A stretch of 32,000 nt of DNA from Candidatus Odinarchaeia archaeon (GCA_029856525.1 JAHQXC010000003.1:6370-38369), one strand, 5' to 3'; shown: positions 10,328-16,477, numbered from the stretch's first letter. The notes: generated by a model from the sequence alone, not told the origin. A program made the numbers and translations.

Positions 10328-10564
10328 CTAAAGATGTATATAAAGCTCGTATTCTTTGCTGTCACTCACCTTCATAAACGCTTTTATCTGATCCTCTGTA
10401 ATTTTATCTAATAGGGTTAAAAATGTTTTAATATATTCTTTATTATAATTTGATTCTTTGAATACTAGTTTGAATCTTTCACTCCCGTATTTATCGACTA
10501 ATATGTCACCGTTTTGAACATCCTTAAGTAACTCGAATATATTATTAAGCTGCTTCTCCCCCAT
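10328..10564 (-). CDS. Small hypothetical protein (78 aa)
   Basis: Tightly packed between two paralogs; GAGGGG/GGAG SD upstream. Confidence 0.7.
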   Translation of the reverse strand: MGEKQLNNIFELLKDVQNGDILVDKYGSERFKLVFKESNYNKEYIKTFLTLLDKITEDQIKAFMKVSDSKEYELYIHL

Positions 10565-10577
10565 CTCCGAAACCCCT

Positions 10578-10889
10578 CTAATTTATATTATAAGAATAAT
10601 CTATTAGTTCGCTGACCGCCTTAATTTTTAAGATGTTTACGATAAGCTCCTCTTTTGTTATTGCACCTGCCAGATAGGCTTCTATAGCGATTGACATGTT
10701 GACTATGATCTCTGTTATCTGCTTTGTTTCAAATGACTGAAGCTGGTTTAAATATTTCCATATATTGTTTAATTCTTCGTATACTCTTCTGGTTTCATCG
10801 TGTGATTGTTTTATTATAAGCTCCTTTGTCTTATACGCGATGTTCATGATTTTTTCTTTTACATCTTCTGCTGCTGTTAACTGGTTCAT
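10578..10889 (-). CDS. Small helical hypothetical protein (103 aa), first gene of a three-gene minus-strand unit
   Basis: AGGAGG SD; paralogy with 9991-10287. Confidence 0.8.
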   Translation of the reverse strand: MNQLTAAEDVKEKIMNIAYKTKELIIKQSHDETRRVYEELNNIWKYLNQLQSFETKQITEIIVNMSIAIEAYLAGAITKEELIVNILKIKAVSELIDYSYNIN

Positions 10890-11171
10890 TCTTCTTCTCC
10901 TCCTATCAGTGTAAATAGGCTTTTTTTATTCCTTTTTAAACACTTCTGTTCGTTTAAAGAATTATTATAAAATAAGCTTAAACTTGTTCATAAATTTTTT
11001 TATACATTTTTAAATGCTTTTTTTATTTTTAAACTGTTTTTTATCGTTTTATTTTATGGGAATATGCTTTAATTCTCTTATTTTATGTTTATTTTAAATA
11101 TTATCGGAATCTTTATATCGAACAATTGCACAATTTTTATTAGAATTATTATATTTTTTTTCGGTGCCGTT

Positions 11172-12746
11172 ATGCTGAAAACCGAATTCCAGTCAATCAT
11201 CGAGACAACAATTAAAGATTATCTTGATAAGAAGACCGTGTGGAGTGAATTTTTAGAATCACCTATAATATTTAACGACGATCATATTCAAATAGCTCGT
11301 AGAATATTTCAAAAATATGTTTCGAAGATAATCCCTGAAACTATACTAGAAGACCTCGAATACCTGCTATTATATAAGCTATCTGACGCTTCGATACGCC
11401 AAAGATTACTGGAAGAGTGGAGTAATAAAAGGAATTCAAATATAGAAGACGCTACTAAAATCACATATGAATTCGAAGACGGATCGTGTTATAGAGCTGT
11501 CTACGATCTTATTCTTTATGATAAAATGACCAGCGGCTTATTCCTTCCAACGATTTTAGAAAACATGAAGAAATTAGAGAAATATAATTATACTCTCGAT
11601 TTAAAAGACGCATGCCATTATATACGTCTTCACTCTCTTTTAACCTATACAGTTGAGTTGGATACAACGGATATCAAAATCATAGAATTGCTGAGCAAAG
11701 ACCCTCTTATCTCAAATAACGAGGCTGCTAGCCGGCTCAGATTATCGAGAAATACTTTTTCAAACCGTCTGCTAAGACTTCAGAAAAGAGGCTGCTTATT
11801 TTTCAATGGCAGAATAAACCTTGAAAGACTAGGTTTAAAAATTTTAACGATCATGACAGATCAGATTATTCCAAAGCTACCATATATGAGAATTGTTCAA
11901 GAGCTTAGAGGAGGGTCAACCGTCTACCTTTATTCGTTTAACATTCCTGAAGAGTTTCTAACCTCTTTTATTGAACTGGTTAAACCTTATATAAGAAACG
12001 CTGAATACTGGATTGATGAAGGACCTGGACGGCACTCTCTCTCACTAAGAAATTCCTATGATACTGTGAATAAGAAATGGGCGTTCAACTGGGAGAACTG
12101 GGCGTTATGGGTGAGAAAGGTTTTAGATGAATCATGGCATACGCTTTACGTTTCAGGTGATGTAGAGGAATCAACTCCAGGGGGAGAGCATAATCTCAGA
12201 ATATTAGATTATGATATACTAGACTTAGAATTATTAAATCAGCTAAGCTATGACTTCAAGCAGCCTATACGGGATATTTCACTTAAACTAGGGGTTTCAC
12301 CTACCACTGTTTATGAGCGTAAAATTCGTTTAATATCTAACGGTGTTGTTAAACCAACTTTATTCGTTGAAAATATAGGGTTAGATGAACATGTATTTAT
12401 TAAAATTAAAGGATCGGAGAAAATCATAAATTCTGTGGAATCAGGCTTACTAGATCTGCCGAGTGTGTACATTTTTCGGGTTAGAAATTTGCAAGGGGAG
12501 AAAGCACTTAACGCATATCTTTTTCTTCCTAAAGGGAGTCTTGTAATGGTTGATTACACTCTTAAAAACTATTTGGAAGATATGAGTGAGGAGGTTGATT
12601 TCAAGCTTTTCTACAGGCTTAAGCAAAACTATCTCTCTCAGGGTTTACCGTTCACCTTCGAAAACACGTATTTATATAAGGAAGAGTTTAGAAAATGGAT
12701 TTTCCCGCAAAAAACTATTATTAAAATATTAAAAGAAGGTAGCTGA
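11172..12746 (+). CDS. Large transcription regulator with two Lrp/AsnC-type winged HTH modules and an N-terminal extra domain
   Basis: wHTH1 TDIKIIELLSKDPLISNNEAASRLRLSRNTFSNRLLRL; wHTH2 LDLELLNQLSYDFKQPIRDISLKLGVSPTTVYERKIRLISNGVV; ATG 11172 with GGTG SD preferred over the hydrophobic low-complexity extension from 11085. Confidence 0.8.
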   Translation: MLKTEFQSIIETTIKDYLDKKTVWSEFLESPIIFNDDHIQIARRIFQKYVSKIIPETILEDLEYLLLYKLSDASIRQRLLEEWSNKRNSNIEDATKITYEFEDGSCYRAVYDLILYDKMTSGLFLPTILENMKKLEKYNYTLDLKDACHYIRLHSLLTYTVELDTTDIKIIELLSKDPLISNNEAASRLRLSRNTFSNRLLRLQKRGCLFFNGRINLERLGLKILTIMTDQIIPKLPYMRIVQELRGGSTVYLYSFNIPEEFLTSFIELVKPYIRNAEYWIDEGPGRHSLSLRNSYDTVNKKWAFNWENWALWVRKVLDESWHTLYVSGDVEESTPGGEHNLRILDYDILDLELLNQLSYDFKQPIRDISLKLGVSPTTVYERKIRLISNGVVKPTLFVENIGLDEHVFIKIKGSEKIINSVESGLLDLPSVYIFRVRNLQGEKALNAYLFLPKGSLVMVDYTLKNYLEDMSEEVDFKLFYRLKQNYLSQGLPFTFENTYLYKEEFRKWIFPQKTIIKILKEGS

Positions 12747-12753
12747 CTCCGTT

Positions 12754-12975
12754 TCAGCGGAGTCTAATCATGCATTTATTTTGGCTGACGTATACGTGGA
12801 CTGGTCGACTGTATTTCTCCTCTAAATATCTCGCTATTTTTTTAAGCTGCTCTGATTGTTTAAATCTTCTAAAATCAGGGATATACGCTTCAATCCAGTC
12901 GTTAGCGTATTCCTTTACGACTATCCGGCTTGAAATAAGCTCTTTTAACTCGTTGAAATCACTGTACAGGCTCAT
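12754..12975 (-). CDS. Small hypothetical protein (73 aa)
   Basis: AGGAGGT SD upstream; convergent with the Lrp-like gene (7-nt gap). Confidence 0.75.
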   Translation of the reverse strand: MSLYSDFNELKELISSRIVVKEYANDWIEAYIPDFRRFKQSEQLKKIARYLEEKYSRPVHVYVSQNKCMIRLR

Positions 12976-12991
12976 CTTTTAACCTCCTTTT

Positions 12992-13018
12992 TTATCTCGG
13001 CCATCCAATAGGCACCAT
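12992..13018 (-). CDS. Putative leader micro-ORF MVPIGWPR (8 aa)
   Basis: GAGGGAGGG SD 9 nt before ATG, in-frame TAA directly before the ATG, stop lies just ahead of the SD of the 73-aa gene. Confidence 0.4.
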   Translation of the reverse strand: MVPIGWPR

Positions 13019-13101
13019 TTAATTTTTCCCTCCCTCTTTTTAAATTGGAATATTTTTGAATTAAAAAGTATAGATTTTTATTTAAAAATTTAACTATATA
13101 A

Positions 13102-13109
13102 TATAATAA
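13102..13109 (-). promoter_or_regulatory. Putative TATA box (TTTATATA on minus) for the micro-ORF/73-aa unit
   Basis: Archaeal TATA consensus in an AT-rich intergenic; orientation ambiguous, no good BRE. Confidence 0.4.
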
Positions 13110-13118
13110 ATAGGAAAA

Positions 13119-13166
13119 TAGTTAACTAATACTTGAAAAGTTAACTTAACAATTAAAAGTTAACTT
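13119..13166. repeat. Three palindromic WWGTTAACWW boxes at 19-bp period (putative operator array)
   Basis: TAGTTAACTA 13119-13128, AAGTTAACTT 13138-13147, AAGTTAACTT 13157-13166; each is a perfect 10-bp palindrome. Confidence 0.8.
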
Positions 13167-13168
13167 AG

Positions 13169-13186
13169 AAAAGAAAAAGAAAAAAA
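13169..13186 (-). terminator. Oligo-U terminator of the AbrB-like gene
   Basis: Minus-strand T-tract broken only by single Cs, immediately after the stop at 13189. Confidence 0.6.
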
Positions 13187-13188
13187 TA

Positions 13189-13695
13189 TTATAAGACGCG
13201 GTCTAAAGACTTCACTGCATAATCTAGTTCATCGCTTAAACGGGTTAAATGGTATAATTTACTTGTTAAATGAGTGCTGTTCAAGAAAAGTTCTAAATGT
13301 TTTTTAATAGTAGCGGCTATATTTCCGAATAATTCACGGGCAGCGTCGGAATCGCTTGTTTCTTCAGGGGAAGCCATAGATCTCTGCTCTAAGGCTTCGA
13401 TAGCTATAAGTATTCTCTTTATATGCGTGTCTTTAACACCGTCTACGCTTATAATCTTCCCGTTACTATCTTTAAGAACCCCTGTAATCTGTTTTTTAAC
13501 AAAGTTTATGAAAGCTGGAAGCTCATGGCCTACGAATATAACTTCTAATTTATTTTTATCTTCTACTAGAACCACCGGCCCCTTTGGAAAATTCAGGGAA
13601 TTAGGTATTAAAAGCCCTTTACTCCCACCCCAGTCTCTGATACGGCTTTTAAAACACTGGTTCAATAACCTGCTCTTATTCGAATTAAAACCCAT
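13189..13695 (-). CDS. AbrB/MazE-type DNA-binding protein with C-terminal helical (PhoU-like?) region
   Basis: N-terminal SRIRDWGGSKGLLIP matches the AbrB/SpoVT swapped-hairpin motif (xxWGxSxGxxIP); GGGAGGGAG SD. Confidence 0.65.
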   Translation of the reverse strand: MGFNSNKSRLLNQCFKSRIRDWGGSKGLLIPNSLNFPKGPVVLVEDKNKLEVIFVGHELPAFINFVKKQITGVLKDSNGKIISVDGVKDTHIKRILIAIEALEQRSMASPEETSDSDAARELFGNIAATIKKHLELFLNSTHLTSKLYHLTRLSDELDYAVKSLDRVL

Positions 13696-13799
13696 CTACT
13701 CCCTCCCTTCATCAGTAAACCCCTCACCCCCATTTTTTTTAATTAAAAATATAAAAATAGTTTCTTAATAATTTTATGGTTAAGATTTAAATTTTTAAA

Positions 13800-14645
13800 T
13801 CATTTTTCAGTTTGAATTAAATCCTTTCCAGCAGACTCGAGAAATTCAAGCACTCTATTATAGTCTTTAAAGCGTATCCGCCCGTCTACACTTAAATATA
13901 AATCTTTTGTTTGTATCTCCGTCCAGCTTCCAAGCCGGCTTAAATCAATCTCTTGCCTTCTGTTAAGCTCTATTAAACCTTTCCCGACATCGCTGCCATG
14001 GAAAACAATTTTTTCAATGCCATCAGTGCCGCTTATCTCTCTGGAACAGGATAAGCTGGCTGTTAAAACATCTTTACAGTTTGAAACAAAATCTTTTATA
14101 ACGTAAGCTGGGAAACTGATTTTATATAATTTTAAATTATAATTTTTTATTTCAGCTAAGATTTTATCGCTTTCTTTAAGACTGTTCCTGATAATTGCAA
14201 CCGCTTTCTTCACGTCGAGAAATCCGATCATGTTTTTATAAGCTTCCCGGATAGTGGATTTAACGCTTAATTTTTCAACGTTAAATAAATAATATGACTC
14301 TGATTTCAAAGGTTTTTCAATCCATAGATAAGTTTTATCAGGGTTATTTAACTTTTCTAAATCAAGTTTTAAACTATAGGCTGAAGAGATCTGTTCGATT
14401 TTATATAGTGTCCAATCATTCTCCCAGAAAACGTTTTCAGAATTTAAAGTCTTTTGTAATGCTAAATATAAGCTGATTAACCTTGGCATCTTCTTGTAAT
14501 CTAAACCTGCTGCTAACAATTCTTTAAGTTTAACACCTGTAAACCCCAGATACTTATAGAACTCCTTCAACTCGCTTTGACTGTATTGTTTTAATAATTT
14601 AGAAAGGGGGATTGTATCCACTGTTGGAATGTTTATTCTACTCAT
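13800..14645 (-). CDS. Hypothetical protein (281 aa), candidate CENP-N/Chl4-like
   Basis: ORF is solid; the family call rests on recalled motif similarity (FHGSDVGKGLIEL...IDLSRLGSW) and is unverified. Confidence 0.6.
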   Translation of the reverse strand: MSRINIPTVDTIPLSKLLKQYSQSELKEFYKYLGFTGVKLKELLAAGLDYKKMPRLISLYLALQKTLNSENVFWENDWTLYKIEQISSAYSLKLDLEKLNNPDKTYLWIEKPLKSESYYLFNVEKLSVKSTIREAYKNMIGFLDVKKAVAIIRNSLKESDKILAEIKNYNLKLYKISFPAYVIKDFVSNCKDVLTASLSCSREISGTDGIEKIVFHGSDVGKGLIELNRRQEIDLSRLGSWTEIQTKDLYLSVDGRIRFKDYNRVLEFLESAGKDLIQTEK

Positions 14646-14977
14646 ATATTCTGCTTCCAGTCTATAATAATTAAAAATATTTAATATTATCTCAAAGTAT
14701 ATAAGCTATAACCTGAATTAAAAGTTTAGACTAATACACACCTTTAGTTTTAAGATAGGAGAGGCATCGATTAAAAATTGTTTTATTATAGCGGTGTGTA
14801 AAAACGTTTAAATCATGGATGCCACGGTTAAATAATTATATTGTTAACGAGATAAAAACAGGTTTTTAGAAATATTTTATCAAAGCCATCATAGAAATCC
14901 ATGGGTTTAAAGATATGAATGCTTCCGCTTTAACTTCACAGCAGACTATCTGATGTAGATAGGTGAGAGTTGATATT

Positions 14978-14995
14978 CTTATAAAGCTATATAAA
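14978..14995 (+). promoter_or_regulatory. Putative TATA elements upstream of the E2F-like gene
   Basis: CTTATAAA 14978-14985 and TATATAAA 14988-14995. Confidence 0.45.
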
Positions 14996-15141
14996 TTATA
15001 ATTATAAATAAGGATGAGTGGTGGAAGCGGCCCTGAAACCTGTGAAGAGAAGAACTCTTCTCAATGAACAGGACTCATCTGTGAAAAACAAGTTGTAGAT
15101 CACCCGCTAATATTTGTTTAAAAATAATCGAGGCGTCTGTT

Positions 15142-15588
15142 TTGAAACTTATAGAGCTGACTAAGAAAGTAGTACACTGTCTCAGGAATTCGCCTAAACC
15201 TTTATCTGCAGTTGAAATAAGCAAGCAAATAAATCTCCCTATTGAAAAGAAGCGGAGAATCTATGATGTTTTAGACGTATTAGAGGTTTTAGATGTTATA
15301 AAAATATCTCGGCGTGGTAATGAGAAATTAGCTCAATGGATTTCTTCAACAGAGAAACCTGTTGTAAAAGAGTCTTTAGCTGTTGAGAGAAAAATAGAGG
15401 ATAAGCCTCACTGCGTTGTTAACGTTGACTTAGTTTTCCCTTCATCCGATTATAAGAATTTAAGTAATCCAACCTGGCAGGAAATGATGATTAGAGATGT
15501 TAAAAGAAACATTAAGGGTTTACTGGATATAATCGTTAACGATATTAAATTAACGGAGGCTAAGAGGATTCTAGCAGCCAGTCAGTAA
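15142..15588 (+). CDS. E2F/DP-family winged-helix DNA-binding protein (148 aa)
   Basis: LIELTKKVVHCLRNS...KKRRIYDVLDVLEVLDVI...AQWI aligns with the E2F DBD pattern (L..TKRF..LL...KRRIYDITNVLEGI.LI...IQW); TTG start with GAGG SD. Confidence 0.8.
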   Translation: MKLIELTKKVVHCLRNSPKPLSAVEISKQINLPIEKKRRIYDVLDVLEVLDVIKISRRGNEKLAQWISSTEKPVVKESLAVERKIEDKPHCVVNVDLVFPSSDYKNLSNPTWQEMMIRDVKRNIKGLLDIIVNDIKLTEAKRILAASQ

Positions 15589-15590
15589 CC

Positions 15591-15962
15591 TTAGCTTTTA
15601 TCGCTGCCTAGTATTTCAGATATATCCGCTTCTTCCTTCCCCCTTCTCTTAATTTTAATTTCAGGTCCGCGTCCCTCTATTCTTCTCTCTAAAAGCATTA
15701 TATCAGTCTTAGATATTTTAGATTGAAGGCCATACTGGTTGACTATCATTATGATTATATTCTCTATTTCCGCTGCTACAGAGGGTTTTAACTTATAAAG
15801 TTCGTTAAGATATTTTAACGCGTCTTCTTCGCAGACTAATCCGAAAAATTTAGCTTTCTCCTGTTTCACCTTCTCCTGGTATTCTTTTAATTTAGCCTGC
15901 TCGTTGATTCTCTGAATCATCTCCTTCATTTTCTTAAGTCTTATCCGCTCTAATTCATCCAT
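15591..15962 (-). CDS. PDCD5-family DNA-binding protein (divergent)
   Basis: MDELERIRLKKM N-terminus, ...KPSVAAEIENIII..., KISKTDI..L, EIKIKRRG C-terminal motif. Confidence 0.75.
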   Translation of the reverse strand: MDELERIRLKKMKEMIQRINEQAKLKEYQEKVKQEKAKFFGLVCEEDALKYLNELYKLKPSVAAEIENIIIMIVNQYGLQSKISKTDIMLLERRIEGRGPEIKIKRRGKEEADISEILGSDKS

Positions 15963-16146
15963 TACTGTTCACCTAGTTTAACCATAAGTGACTGCTATGG
16001 ATATAAATATTCGCTTTACCTAAGGTTAATAAAGTTGATTTTGCTGTTTAAAAATTTGTATTTTAATATTCTCTTATAGTTAAATAGTTTACCTGTAATT
16101 CACGCTGCCGGGTTTACCCTGCTTAAAGCGGCGGTCTTCTCGCGGC

Positions 16147-16179
16147 GAAATTTATAATATTACTAATATCTTAAATTTC
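16147..16179. repeat. 33-bp near-perfect inverted repeat
   Basis: GAAATTTA-TA-ATATTA-C-TAATAT-CT-TAAATTTC; 14 of 16 positions pair. Confidence 0.8.
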
Positions 16180-16249
16180 AGCGTGCGGTTTATACTAATG
16201 GTATGCGCAATCCCCTCTTGTTTAATTGCCGGCCGGATGCTTGTGTAAT

Positions 16250-16477
16250 TTATTGTGAGGGTAGACTCTGTATTTTATATACTAGGCCGTTAACTCTTTT
16301 TAATTCTGCTGCGAGTCTAGCTGTGATGAATTTTTCTCTTACAGGCGCGTTATCTGGTATAGCTGTGTATATTACTTTATTTTCTTGATCTACTATTATT
16401 ATACATGAGTTTTTATCCGGTTCAGCTACCGGTTTTAGCTCCCCCTCCTCTGTTACACAGTAGATTTGTCTCCCCAT
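16250..16477 (-). CDS. Single-domain gelsolin-like protein (Asgard 1DGel/ProGel-like), 75 aa
   Basis: IYCVTEEGEL, CIIIVDQENKVIY, PVREKFITARLAAEL...GLVYKI resemble Asgard gelsolin-domain proteins (recall); ATG 16477 preferred. Confidence 0.65.
   Translation of the reverse strand: MGRQIYCVTEEGELKPVAEPDKNSCIIIVDQENKVIYTAIPDNAPVREKFITARLAAELKRVNGLVYKIQSLPSQ

Noticed and set aside
11009-11033. TTTAAA pair spaced 19 bp in the 10890-11171 intergenic, echoing the operator spacing
   Set aside because: TTTAAA is very common in this AT-rich DNA and there is no third copy.
11085-11171. Longer start of the Lrp-like gene giving a hydrophobic signal-like N-terminus
   Set aside because: Produced by the T-rich intergenic (Phe/Ile low complexity); ATG 11172 has the SD.
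12701-12708. Canonical E2F site TTTCCCGC
   Set aside because: It lies inside the Lrp-like CDS, and about one TTTSSCGC match is expected by chance in a window of this size and composition.
13119-13166. CRISPR array or mini-array
   Set aside because: Repeats are 10 bp with 9-bp gaps, far too short for CRISPR repeats and spacers; no cas genes.
9991-14645. Provirus or integrated element
   Set aside because: No integrase, transposase, replication or capsid gene, tRNA target or att repeats were found, so it is kept only as a weak alternative.
16140-16150. TCGCGGCGAAA as an E2F-like site
   Set aside because: It does not fit TTTSSCGC on either strand; better explained as part of the structured element.
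16101-16250. tRNA, 5S, SRP or RNase P RNA
   Set aside because: No T-loop GTTC(G/A)A, SRP helix-8 motif or RNase P conserved regions were recognised; too short and partly AT-rich.
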